64,000 bases of DNA. It comes from Dipteris shenzhenensis. Its lineage: Eukaryota. The position numbers and the translations under genes are program-made. Shown here piece after piece: positions 13,801 to 26,300 of this stretch. The notes beneath the pieces were generated by a model. It ran no database searches, was not told the DNA's origin, and worked only from the letters and a program-made list of their open reading frames with translations. Every line of letters starts with the position of its first letter. Positions within the stretch are counted from its first letter, which is position 1. The stretch lies in assembly GCA_047967505.1 (NCBI GenBank), contig CM106538.1; one strand, given 5' to 3'.

Positions 13801-14976
13801 TGTAGCCTGAGCGTCAGGATCTGTTGTAAGAAGGGAGGCATAGAAATCAGTGGCAACTTGAAAGACGACATCTGGATGTGTCTGAAGAAATCCGCCTGAT
13901 TCACCAAGCTGTGAGACGCTCTCCCTACCATGTCTGGGGCCAAGAGCAAAGAAGAACTGCTTGTTGATCCTACCTCCCATCTGAGTCGAAAATGACTCTC
14001 TGGCATGAAAGGCATACTCTGCTCTCTGATCTAAAAGTGACTACTGTTGCTGGGCCCTTGCTGCAGCAAGGCACTCCTGAATCCAAGCATCTGTAGGCCT
14101 CTTCTGCTCCTCTCTCTAGAGGGAAGCCAACTGCTAGTGGATACCTATCTGACACCTTAGGATCTCACCCCTCTTGATATGAGCAACTAAAGGATAAAAG
14201 TCGCTAATATCAGATAGGGCTGTGGCTAAATCTAACAAAGAAAGCTACCCATCATGCATATGAGATACCCATGTCCTCAACACTGTCTCTGTAAGGCCCT
14301 CCTCTACATAAAAGGCATATGGAATCCTAACACTGGCAGAGCGGCCCCTCACATGAGGATCTGAAACCATCACAATAACTGAAAAATGATCCGAAGTGGA
14401 CACCCCAACTGCAATGCATTGATGTTGATATTAGTGTAGCCTTAATCGGAAGCTATATAAGTATGTGACTTCTCAATCAAGAATCTTGTGAAGTTTCAGG
14501 GCTAACAGTACCACCTCTGTCAAGAGCCCAATCATCCACATAAAATCTATCAATCCGTGCATGGATAGGCATCTGTAATCTCCTGTTCGACCAAGAAAAC
14601 AGGAGAGATGTGGTTGAGTGTGAAAAGCATCATCGTGCCAAGTATCCCTACAGCTGCACTGAAAAAGAAAGGCCTCCCAAGCTGATCTCTCTAGGGAGTG
14701 AATACCACCTTTCCTACCACCGCTTTTGTCTGAGGGCATTTCAACCATGTTGAAATCGCCCCCTATAATCCAAGCATCTGCAATCTGTGACCAAAAGAGC
14801 AGTTCCTTCCAAAGAAGGACACGATCCCCTCTAGAATTGGAAGCATAAAGGTTTAAAAGACCAACCTTATGTCCACCAATCAAAAGTATAATCCACTGAG
14901 CCCTCGAAGGGACTATGATCTCGTGTCCAATCACCAAGGGGAGTATAGAAGAAGAAATAGAGATGCAAGTACCTCC

Positions 14977-14980
<4 letters not shown>
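10895..14980 (-). mobile_element. 5'-truncated L1-clade LINE (partial APE endonuclease, RT, zf-RVT)
   Basis: Poly(T) at 10894-10902. Endonuclease LNLYAS..IGGDFN..SDH, RT LLLDFEKA..RQGCPLA..VDD, zf-RVT CPCC..HCLWEC. TSD ATACAAAAGACAATCT at 10879-10894 and 16897-16912. Confidence 0.9.
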
Positions 14981-15062
<82 letters not shown>

Positions 15063-15085
15063 AAGAAAGAAAGAAAGAAAGAAAG
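14981..15085. repeat. Compound microsatellite (GT)n(GA)n(GAAA)n
   Basis: Seen directly; forms the 3' tail of the adjacent minus-strand LINE. Confidence 0.95.
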
Positions 15086-16795
15086 TTTATGAAAGTCTTT
15101 GGAAGACCGATGGGTCTATGAGACTGTGAAAAACCTGATACAATGAGATGTGGTAGTGGAGCTACTAAACGAGCATCCACGCCAATGCAAAATGCAAAAA
15201 ATGCAAAATGGCAGTACTAAGTCCTAAGTACAACATAGTCATGTCAGTAGTGGACTATATATCACTCTCAGCATATCATCAACATCATCATCATCATCAA
15301 CCCGCAAGACGTCAGGATGGATGAGGCAGTGGAGGTGTGAGGTCGGTAATAGAGTGTTGTCGCCCCCTTAAAGGTGCAGTCCTGGCACGTCTCCTAGTCG
15401 TAGCTCTGCATCTAACCAAGGCCACTTTGACCCCCGTCGGTCGAGCTCCGACTCTAAACAAGGAGATGTCCCCCAGTGTGATCTGTGTGTCAATCCTCTG
15501 TCTGAGCTGTTGGGTCACCGGCTCCGGGTCACGATCATGTCGAGGCCTCATCCCGCGGGGATCTACGTGGTCTGGCTGAGAGAACTCCGTGATAGAGCTC
15601 TGAGAGGGATCAACCGAGGAAGAAGTCTGATCTTGGCTTTGTGCTCGGAGTATCCTCTTGCGGTGTCTAAATGTCTCATGAATGAAACCTGCTAAACATC
15701 GCTGGTCTGGGTAGGAGAGGAAACGGGCCAAAATCCCATAGCTATCTCTGAAGAGGCAGTAGAAACGCCCTCAGATCTCATAGTAAACAAGACACCTAAA
15801 GATGAAATGCTCCTCTGTCTCAACCTCCTACATGTCACACAATGTGCATATGCGCCTCTCCCTGGGTAGTCGCTCTACTCTGTCGCTCTCGATACAGAGT
15901 CTGTGTGAGGAAACCTGGAACTGCCTAAGAGAGATCCTCAGCGAGTGGGGTAGGTGAATCTGCGTATATCCTAGTGGATCAATGAAACCCTCCGCTGTGA
16001 TATGTAAGAAGTGATCTCTATAGAAGCCCAGCTTTACTGGAAGATCACTCGGGCCCAACCAGGTCCGGAATGTGTGTAGCTATAGTAGATTCTCATGGAT
16101 AACCTGGTTGACCTCGTGTGATAGGAGGGGAGAAAACAAAGCATCCATACTGTACTGGAATGGAGGTAGTCTGTCCATGTGGAGCCCCAACCCCCCAAAC
16201 CATCTCTCTGTACGTGCATACCAACACCTCTGGTCTCCCCCTGCTGCAAGTGCCATAGAAGAGGACAGTGCTAGCCATGGTAGCCTGCTACGCCTAGAGG
16301 TGTAATCCCCATACTTCCTGACTCGGTACAGATACGTGATGACCTGAAATGCAGTATCTAACTGTAATGGGGGTGACCCAAACTCTGCCTGAATGATCTA
16401 GTGAGGAATGAATGGCTTACCACGGAGCATCCGTGATAACATGAGAACCTGTAGCCGCTCCACCCTGGCCCACTCTGTATCCGATAAGTCTGGCCCCCAA
16501 CATAGACTGCCATACATCCCCACTGGATGGACCAAGGAGTCAAAAAGCAACCCTTTGATCCATGGATCCTGAAAGTGAGAGCGGAAGCACTGCCTCTCTA
16601 GTCTAGCCAATGAAGCATATCCTCTGCCCAAGCATGCCTCCATCGCGGGTCTCATAGTGAAGTTGGTCCAGAAAAGACGACCCCAAGATAAGTGTATGAT
16701 GCAACTACCTCAACAGGTGACCCATCAAATGCGAACTGCTCCTGGCACATAACGCCTCGAGATGTATTGAAGATCATAACCTTGGTTTTACCCAG
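15086..16795 (-). mobile_element. 5'-truncated non-L1 LINE (RTE-X/L2-like), RT C-terminus and 3' UTR
   Basis: KTKVMIFN..YTYLGVVF, LLFDSLV.PV.MYG..WG, QFQVSSHRLCIE..RERRICTLC..EEHFIFRC motifs; 3' hairpin GTCTCATAGACC-CATC-GGTCT followed by the microsatellite tail. Confidence 0.8.
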
Positions 16796-17390
16796 AGAGA
16801 TTAACATCTATATACATAGAAATTATTACATACATATGTTATTATGCCATGCTCCCGTATCCAATCACCAAGGGAAGTATAGAAGAAGAAACAGAGATAC
16901 AAAAGACAATCTCAACAGTATCAAAGAGAAAATACCCAATAGTGAATGGAATTTTGTTGATGGCATATGCAGAGTCTATCACATGCTCTAGTCACTTGTA
17001 GAAACTAAGCAGCAAAGGCAAAATTGCAAGTTGAAAGGCACTCGGATTTGGATACAAGAAAAGCTTACTCCACATCAGCTTAAACAAAGAGCCATGGAAC
17101 TCACCAAAGTAAAGGAATCCAAGAAGGAGGCTAACGGTTTACAGAGAAGGAAAGCACTTAGCAAGGAATTCAAATCTAAGCTTAAAGGCTGATGTAATGA
17201 AATTCATAGTATATTAGCATTAGAAAATAGTTACACTTTAAAACAACAGTGGAAACACTTAATGCACTCTCATTTCGAAATTTGATGTACGAGCTACTTC
17301 TTGGTCCCATAGATCTTTTTGGTATTCCGCAAACATTAATAGATCTTTCTTACTTTCTTTCTTCTCACTATTGCAGCCCCTGCCCTAACC

Positions 17391-20280
17391 TTTTTTTTTC
17401 CCCCCCAAAAAGATCACTTCATTAAGTATGATTGAAAACCGCAAGAGCAAGCTCTAATCGGGAGTACAACATGCCATGCATGAGAAGAAAATAAACAGCT
17501 CAAAAAGAGCTAACAAAATCGAAGGTGGAGGCTGAAAATGCCACCTCAACCCTGAAGAAGACTCAAAGAAGAAGGGAGATCCTCTCCAAACTCTGAAGAA
17601 GATAGCCCTCCTGGCAATAGCCACTCTGGAGGATCCCTGCATGCTCGACCAGATGGACATCAGAGTATGTATAGTATCAGTCCATATACTGGCCATAGAC
17701 TGGAAGGGATGAACCTGTGAACCCTCTATCGCCTCCGTACATCTGGCTCTCCACATATGTCATGCTGTAATGCTAGCCGAAATCTCCCATCATGTATCTA
17801 CCGAGGCATGAGCAGCTTTGAAAGGAGTGAAAGGAACATCCTGAAGGGAACACGAGTCCACAGAGTGTCATGGTATAATGAAGGCTGAATCTCAGTCATG
17901 TCCCTCGAAAAACACCTGAGGGTCATTGAGAGAACACTGATCCCCAGGTCATGAAGAAGGTTGCTCTATGAAAAATACAAAGAATCCTAGCAACACCCTT
18001 CTCTTTCTATTCCTGAGGGATTTCCAGAGCCTCCTCCAAAAGTTCCTCTGCATCTCTACAGGAATCCGAAAAGAGTCCCAATGTGGAGCTCTGGAAGGCT
18101 GCCAACCTCTGCTGTTGAGCTGAAGTCTTCTGGAATTTTTGACTGTGTAACGAAAGAAGGGGATGCTCTTCTCTCGGTGCCCTTCGTCAATCCATTCCCA
18201 TTCCCCAGGGTCCCACTGCAAGAACCTAATGAACCCGAGTCTCCAAGACCCAAGTGCCAAGAGAAGAGGGTAGGCATCAAGATACCCCTGTGAATCCGTG
18301 CCCCATTCCATGTGACCTGCAATCCTAATAAGCTGGAAGGCAACCTCGAAAAGAATATCACCTGAAGATCTGAGTTGTCTGCCTTCTTGACTAAACATCA
18401 AAGAATAGGGTCTCCTCAAGTGCATCCCACAAGGCTATAACTATAGGAATACCTGTCCTCGTGAAAGCTCCCAACCAAGTGGACTCTGTGATCGACAAAT
18501 CATCTGTTTCTATCCAATCTGTTGGTATGGCTGCCTCTATCTGCTGCATCCTGACTCCACTCCCTCTGAGATGGCCAACAGAAGTGAATCTCTGATCCTC
18601 TGGAAGCTGGCTAAACGTCTTCCAGACACCTACTATAGAAGCAGGTCCCCTCTCCCATCTAGACCACTGCATATAATGTGATGCTCCTAGTCATCTGCCA
18701 TGCTCATCCAATATCGAGTCATTCCACATGACTGGCTGTCTGTCTATCTCTTCTGGAGAGGACGGTGGAACTCACCGAAGAGTGATTCTGAAGCTGCCCC
18801 AAGCTTTCAGAATGGCAGCCATGAGAGGGAAAGAGGGAGATCTAAGATGGGCTGAAGTAAAAGTCCATCTGGAGTTGTCCATCCAATCTCCCCCATGTGA
18901 TGGTATACGATACTAAATGTTGTGTAAGAAAAAATTCTTCCAAGGCTCTTGTCTAGGCATCAATCCTCGTACTACAAACTTGCAGAGCAAGGCCATACAC
19001 TGCAAGTTCGGATCAATAATATTGAGGCCTCCTTCCCCTGTGGGGAGAATGAGAGTCTCCCAAGCTGCCCTGGCCAAAGCATCTCAGGTGCCATCTAACC
19101 CACTCCAAAGGAAATTCCAGATAGGTCTCATGAGCTGAGCGATACAACCTCTAGATCTGCACTTGCAAGAGCAGACAAACCAGGCAGTAGCCAATAGTAC
19201 CTGGTTCACAACCACCACCCTGAATGCGAGGTCAAGTCTGGCAGAACTCCAAAAAACGAGTTTCCTCCTGATACTCTCTAACACGGGAGCAAATTGTTGT
19301 GCTAGAGAGATCCCTAACCCGACCTGGCATCCTAAGTACCTGATGGGAACACCCCTCTGAATCCAAGTGAACCCTACAGTTTGGAGTGTCCTCATCACTA
19401 ATCCAGAAACCATTGGATTTATTCCAATTAATGTGAGCCCCTACCTATCCTGAATGAAGTGAGTGTCTGTGCGTCGCATCCAAAAAAACAGCCGTGTCAA
19501 CTGCCAACTCACTCTCCAAGAGCTCATCCTCCTATGTCAATGGAAGCCTCAGCCCTGTAATATCAACTTGAGCTCTAATGTAGTAGTTCATAGCTTCAGC
19601 CACAAATAAAGAGAAAAGGAGCTAAAGGGCATCCTTGATGGACTGATCTGGTAATCTGAAACCTGTCTCCCCTGACTCCACCAATAAGCATCTAGCTATG
19701 GGCTGATCTGTAGAGAGCTGACACCCCTCTGATCCATGCATCCGAAAATCCGAAACGAGCAAGGGTACCCTCTAAGAACCTCCAGTCTACCATGTCATAA
19801 GCTTTCTCAAAGTCCAGGAGTAGAATGGCAAGCCTATGACGATTATGCATGGCCCAGTCAGAAGCCTCCCAAAATGAGAAGATGTTATCGAAAATGCTCC
19901 TGCCGTGCACAAAGCCCGTTTGCGTATCATGTATAAGATCTGGAAGAAAAGGCTGCAAACGAAGGCTGATTGCTTTTGCTAAGATTTTGTACAAGGTGCC
20001 CAAAAGAGTGATTGGTCTCCACTGAGACACTAAATTCCTGCAGCCCCCTTTTGGAATAAGATGAATGAGACGCTCCATAAGCGAGTCTGGCATCTCATCC
20101 GAGTCCCAAACTCCTTGTAGGGCTGAGGTAATGTGATCCCCAATCTGATCCCAAAAAGTGATAAAGAAAGAGGGGTTAAGTCCATCTGATCCTAGACACT
20201 TGCCCTTATGAGGGGCGGATAAAGCAATCCTAAACTCTATGTTGGTGAAGGGTGCATCCAGTGAGACTTTTATATCCCCT
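17391..20280 (-). mobile_element. 5'-truncated L1-clade LINE (RT to 3' UTR)
   Basis: Poly(T) 17391-17399; WRPITLLGTLYKILAK..LLLDFEKAYD; same family as 10895-14980 and 8245-8975. No TSD found. Confidence 0.88.
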
Positions 20281-20332
20281 ATGCGGATTGTCTATAGAGC
20301 CAACAGTTACGGGCACGCACACACACACACTC

Positions 20333-22235
20333 TTTTTTTTTGGGTGAAACCATATATTTTTTGTGTGGGAAACCTCAAAAGAGGAGAAAAGCCACTACCA
20401 TGAAGTACAAAGTAAAAAGATTAGAAGTGAAACTCTTGGGAGAAAGCTTCCCAAAGATCACCAGAAAGTAAAAAAATATACATTAACCAAGGGGAGGATC
20501 AAGCAGTATATCCTCCATCTTAAGATTATTCACTTCCAGAAAATGAGATAAGGGAGAAGTGGCCCCATCAATGAAACAAAGTTGCTTTTGCCCTTATGGT
20601 TTCTCTTGAGATAAGCCGGTATCCTGAACTTCTGAACCAAAGGGTCAAAAACCTGCCTCAACCATGGATGAAAAGAATCCAAACAACAAGGAACCTCAAT
20701 ATCCTGAATACAACCAGTCTCCAAAGTCCTGCACTGCAGCCACTGTCTGAACAGAAGTATCTGGAAAGGAGCAAGACTCCATATCATTATTTCCAACAAT
20801 ATCATCCTGAGCAGACGGCAGGAAGTGTCTGAAGAACAGGAGGATGAACCAAAGAGGAATCCATTACATCTTGCATAACATCAGAAGTTTGCAGCAGTGA
20901 AGAAGCATCAGACATAACAACTTCAATCTTTGAAATAGGAGCCAGATCAGGATCACAGGGAACACCAAAATCAAGCACTGTAGTTATTGGATCCAGGCCT
21001 GCCAAAACAGCAAAAGGATTGGATTCTGTAACTGCTGGAACTCCCTGAACTTTTCTCCAAACTTTAGAGGTTTTAACAAAATGCCTGACTTCCGGTATGC
21101 TAGAAGAAGAGATAGGAACAGTATGAGACTGAGTAGGAATAGCAGAAGGTGTGGGAACAGAAGCTGGAGAAGGGCATGCTCTAGCAAAATGTCCCAGTTG
21201 CAACATTTATAACAGGCATTTGGAAATGAAGAAAAACCAAGTGGAATCCGAAAAGGATGAGAAAAACCAAAATCAACTTCCAAACACGGAGGGACCAACT
21301 GCTCCATTTCCTAAAGAACACACACCCGTAAATGTCTACTAGTGACCAGAAAATCTTGCTTAGGAATAAAGAGAACACGGCCTAGCAGAGCTGCAATAGA
21401 AGAGACATGCAGGATAAGTGGAACCGGTAAATCTTTCAAGGTAATCCAAACAGGACAAAAGCTGAGTGAACAGGCTGGATCAAATAAAGGATCCCAAGGC
21501 ATAGCAACCGCAAAATGACCGGCCCCATGTACACCCCCCAAGGTAAGCAAATGAAAAACAATGTCCACAGAAGTACAGTGAGAAAAATAAAATCCCTCGC
21601 CTAAAAAGACAAGGATGTAATCTTGCCAGCACCCACTGCAGCTGAGGACTAGGCTTGTAAGTTGTTCACGGACAAGACTCTTCCCATAAAGTAGAGGCAA
21701 ACACCAAGCTGCTGCTCCTGGCAAATACTGTGAAGCAAAGGCTCAAGAGAAAGAGATCTTCGTAATGAAAAGCCAGCAGGGGAAGGCGAAAACACCGAGT
21801 CAACACACAATTGACGAAGCAAATCCTTCTGAAGCGAGGAAGAGGGGAAGTTGGAGGAATCAAACTTGGCTGTCTTCACCCCTTCCGAAACTGTTGAAGA
21901 TGTGAGCAGGAAGCACATGGCTCTCAAAAGGAGAACCAACAGGAGAAGAGAAGGGGAAGGGCGCTGCAGAAAAAGGAGCTGGGGTGAATTCGAGGACAGA
22001 CGGGGGAGAACCTAGGGCTGACAAGGTGGAGACGGGGACTGACGAAGTTGAAGCGGAGACGGGATGGAAACAAGGTGGAGACAAGATGGAAACAAGGGAG
22101 GCATGGGCTGACGAAGTTGAAGCGGAGGCAGACGGGATGGAAACAAAGAAGGTAGGGGCTGACGAGGTAGAAACAGACAGAGCAAAGGAAGACAAGGCTG
22201 AACAGGGCGAGGGAGCAGAGGAGCTCACCATCGCT
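20333..22235 (-). mobile_element. L1-type ORF1-only element with poly(A) (HAL1-like)
   Basis: ATG at 22231, Ser/Pro-rich repeats, DUF4283/RRM-like segment (PVWITLKDLPVPL..IAALLGRVL), zinc knuckle CYKC/LQLGHFARACP across a frameshift. A low-complexity tail then leads directly to poly(A) (T run 20333-20341). Flanked by (CA)n on both sides; no ORF2 motifs. Confidence 0.7.
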
Positions 22236-22766
22236 CACACACACACACACACAAGACAGGACATCATTTGTTTAAATGCATGTTGTATTCTATTGTTTGG
22301 AACTATTGGAGCGCGCGCACACACACACACACACAGTCTATTGATGCCCACGGGAGACCAACAGGTCTATGGGACAGCAAAAAAACCATTTAGTACATCT
22401 ACTTTAGGGAGGGCACATGGCAGCTCCCAGGGAGTGCAAAAGTAACCCCAATTATTTAGAGTACCTACATAATAGTCTGAAAGAGTAATCAGACATACAT
22501 CAGTTTAAGACTGAGAGTCTTTTGGTTTGAATTTAAACTCTTTGATTAGCGTGCCTTCACGGTAAACTGCCCATTTTCCATCCTTCCTAGCAGCCCTGGC
22601 TTTAGCTAATTCTATTGCCTTATTCTTCAATTGAGCTTGTGAAAGTTCCTCAGCTATCCATATCTTGGTCCCTTCCAACTCGTAAGATTGTCGAAGAAGC
22701 TTGATCCATGAATCTCACGACTTAAGTGTAAGGATAGCATGTCCTCTGGAGTGCCGTATATTAATT

Positions 22767-22797
<31 letters not shown>

Positions 22798-22826
22798 TAT
22801 CATCATCAACCTTTCATTGAATATTA

Positions 22827-23292
22827 TGAAACGATGTTTCTCTAATTCTCTCTTGGATTTCGTCAATCACGGGCAAGGAAAAATCACAGGCGATGGCATC
22901 ACGTATATCCTCCCAGCCACTCTCTGAATAGCATGCACACAAAGGTACGTAACTTTTCATTCCTCATGCCTATCCACAAGCCCACAACTCCCTAGATGGT
23001 TCACTCTGCCACATGTCATCATTTTAGACCTTTTACTTGGTACACCATTTACCCCTCTCTTGGGGCACAATTTAAAACATTTGCCCCTTGGCATTATTAC
23101 ACATTTAGGTGCACCTAGGCCTTAGCACTCAGAACCACCTAGTCGATGCCAATACACCCTCACCTAGGACCTTGGCAGTTACTTCCCTTGACCATTATAT
23201 TTACGCACATAAACTATTACAGAAGTCGGTCCTCTGAGGGAAAATGCCCACCGATCTTTCCGAGGTCATGCTATCTCGGCTAGAGCATAACA
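22827..23292 (-). repeat. 3' LTR of Gypsy copy 2
   Basis: About 12 substitutions against the 5' LTR in 466 bp (manual count). Confidence 0.95.
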
Positions 23293-23304
23293 TTCCTTCC
23301 CTCT

Positions 23305-26300
23305 TCAAGCATCAGCGTCCTCGATGATGAAATCTGGGAACACTCTCCGTAACTGGTATACGGATTCCCAGGTAGCTTTCGATAGAGGTAGACCATGCCA
23401 TGCAACCAACGCCGTGGGTATCTTCCGATTGTGCACTTGCATTGTTCCTCGGTCCAGGATTCTTATTGGCTTGCGTCTTGCATTATCCTCTATCTCCTGA
23501 AACAAAACCACACCTTCGATTAGTGAGTCACCAGTATGCAAAAATTTCGTTAAACGAGAAACATGAAACACTGGGTGCACCTTACACCCCGGTGGTAATT
23601 CTAATTTATAGGCTACCTTGCCTATTCTTTTTAGAATTGACCATGGCCCACAATATCGAGGTGATAACTTAGCACACTCTCCTACAGTCAAAGACTTAGA
23701 GTGCGAAGGAAATCTGAGAAAAACTTTTTCTCCTTCCTTAAATTCTCTAGTGGATCGGTTTTCATCCGCATACACCTTAGCTCTATCCATAGCTTGGCGG
23801 ATGTTAGCTCTCGCAAGTGCCAGCATCTCCCGCATGTGAACCACAAAGTTCGCGGCACTAGGCACTCTCTGAGGTACTCCAACTATAGTTGGATTCACTG
23901 GTCTCTATAACCATAGTTCAGTTCAAACGGACTGAACCCTGTAGAGGAATGTTTCCTATCATTGTAGGCAAACTCCAACAATGGCAACCACTTGTCCCAT
24001 GTATGTTACTTCAATGACACATATACTCTAAGCATATCCTCTAAAATTTGGTTGACTCTTTCTGTCTGACCATCCGTTTCTGGATGATCCCCACTACTCA
24101 TTTCCAACTCAATCCTTAGTGTCTCAAATACCGCAATCCAAAAATGACCGGTAAATTTGACATCTCTGTCTGACACTATGGATCTGGGTAATCCATGCAG
24201 ACGAAATATATGTCTAATGAACAAATCCGCCACTTGCGGGGCACTAACAGACTCCCTAGTTGGAATGAAGTGAGCCATCTTGATAAGACGATCAACCACC
24301 ACAAGGATAGAATCATATCCACCTTGTGTCGTAGGCAGCCCTACAATAAAGTCCATGGAAATGCTCTCCCACTTACTTAGTGGTATATCCAAGGGCTGTA
24401 AAAGGCCGGGTGGCTTCACCCGCTCTGCCTTACTTACCTGACAGGAAAAACAACGTGTCACATATTCATGAATATGTTTTTTCATCTTTGGCCAAAAGAA
24501 ATCTCGCTTCACGAGATCATATGTCTTCTCGACCCCTGGATGTCCCACACATGGGCTATCATGGCACTGTCGAATGACTCTCTGTCGGAGATCATTCTAA
24601 TTAGGTACTACTACCTTGCCATTTCTTTTTAGCATACCATCCCTTATGGCATATCTTGCATATGTTTGGTCTTTTCTAGATACCAGGTCATCTTTTCGTT
24701 TTCCCCGGGTTTTAACACATGAGCCTTAGGCCATAGACTCTGGACAAACTCGTCCACCTTTTGAGTTTCTGTTATCTCGGTCATTAGAGCACTCTCTAAT
24801 ACCGTGAAACTCATGTTATGCATAATGTGTGACAACGCATCAGCAACTTTATTATCTTTTCCTCTTCGGTACCGAATCGTCAAATTAAACTCCTGCATGA
24901 GTTCTACCCACCTAGCTTGGCAGCCTCTCAAGTCAGGCTGTTTACAAAAATGTTTCAAAGTATCATGATCACATCCACATAAAACTCTGATCCATACAAA
25001 TAATGTCGCCATGTTTTCAAAGCATGGACAACAGCATACAACTCCAATTCATGAGTTGGCCAATTCATTTGAGAGGGAGAAAGCTTCTTGCTTTCAAAGG
25101 CTACTGGCCTTCCCTCTTGGAGGAGAACTGCTCCTACCGCAATGCCACTTGCATCGGTTTCCAGGAACAACGGTTTCTGGGGATCAACTATTTTTAACAC
25201 CGGTCCTGTGACCACAACTTGTTTTATGGTGTTAAAACTTTCTTGTTGATTCTGTCCCCATATAAAAGATACTTTATCTGAGGTCAGATCAGTCAATGGC
25301 GATACTATTTCGGAATATCCTTTAATATGCCTTCGATAAAATTGGACAAATCCCAAGAATGATCGCAAAGCGGTCAGACTCTGAGGGATTGGCCAAGTCA
25401 GTATCGCAGCCACTTTCTTTGGATCCATTTCTACCCCTCAAGAGTAATTATGAATCCTAAATATTCAAGTCTAACCATACACAGTATAGTTTTCTTCTTA
25501 TTTACATAAAGACTGGCTTTCCTCAAAGTACTGAATACTATTCTTAAGTGTTCGCGATGCTCAGTAATACTTTTACTGAATACCAAAATATCGTCAATAA
25601 AATGTACTACAAACTTTCCGATATACGGACGTAGTAAATCGTTCATAAGCATGACGAATGTAGCTGGAGCATTGGTAAGTCCAAAGGGCATTACCAAAAA
25701 CTCAAAATGACCAAACCTGCTTCTAAAAGCGGTCTTATGCACATCCTCGGCTCTAATATGGATCTGATGGTAGCCACACTTAAGATCTATCTTACTGAAA
25801 ATTACGGCCCCATGCAATGCATCTAGCAAATCATCGATCCGAGCCATCGGATACCTGTGCTTAATAGTGATATTATTCAATGCTCTGTAATCTATACAGA
25901 GACGAAAAGTATCATCTTTCTTCCTCTTTAATATCACTGGGGAAGCAAAAGGTGAAAAACTGGGTTGAATCTGCCCCAGCTTGAGGTATTCTTCTAGTTG
26001 TCTTTGCACCTCAGCTTCCTCTGTAAAGCTTAATCTATAGGGAGGTCTATTTACAGGTTCTGCCCCCGGGATAAGCTCAATTTTATGTTGAACATTCCGC
26101 TCTGGAGGTGACCCATAAGGTAACTCATCCCTAAAACAATCAGAGAACTTCTCCGATATCTCTTTAGCCAACTCGGCCATTTCCCCATCTTGGGTAGCCT
26201 CAGTGCTAGTCGACGCATCATCAATCGACTCTACCGATGCTATATACAGACACACAAACTCTTTCGGAGTCTTCCGAATTTCCATGGCTGAAATCAATGG

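Larger units (their letters stand above)
10426..17345 (+). mobile_element. ORF1-only non-autonomous LINE derivative (copy A), interrupted by an L1 composite
   Basis: Starts after (TC)n. 5' motif TGAGTTGGGCTGAACCCCCAGCC..(10748-10793) is shared with copy B. ORF1 C-terminus KLKGTRIWIQEKLTPHQLKQRAMELTKVKESKKE..VYREGK at ~17030-17190, then ~150 bp to a GTCCCATAGATC..CATTAATAGA tail. No endonuclease or RT. Confidence 0.65.

Noticed and set aside
14473-15180. 235-aa ORF as a real gene
   Set aside because: Chance read-through from a LINE 3' UTR and microsatellite into a truncated L1 endonuclease.
21984-22445. Acidic repeat protein (ADEVEAE) on the + strand
   Set aside because: Antisense shadow of the Ser/Pro-rich repeats at the start of the minus-strand L1-type ORF1.
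22654-22927. Poly-Met and poly-Ile ORFs
   Set aside because: Translation of a (CAT)n microsatellite and the LTR edge.
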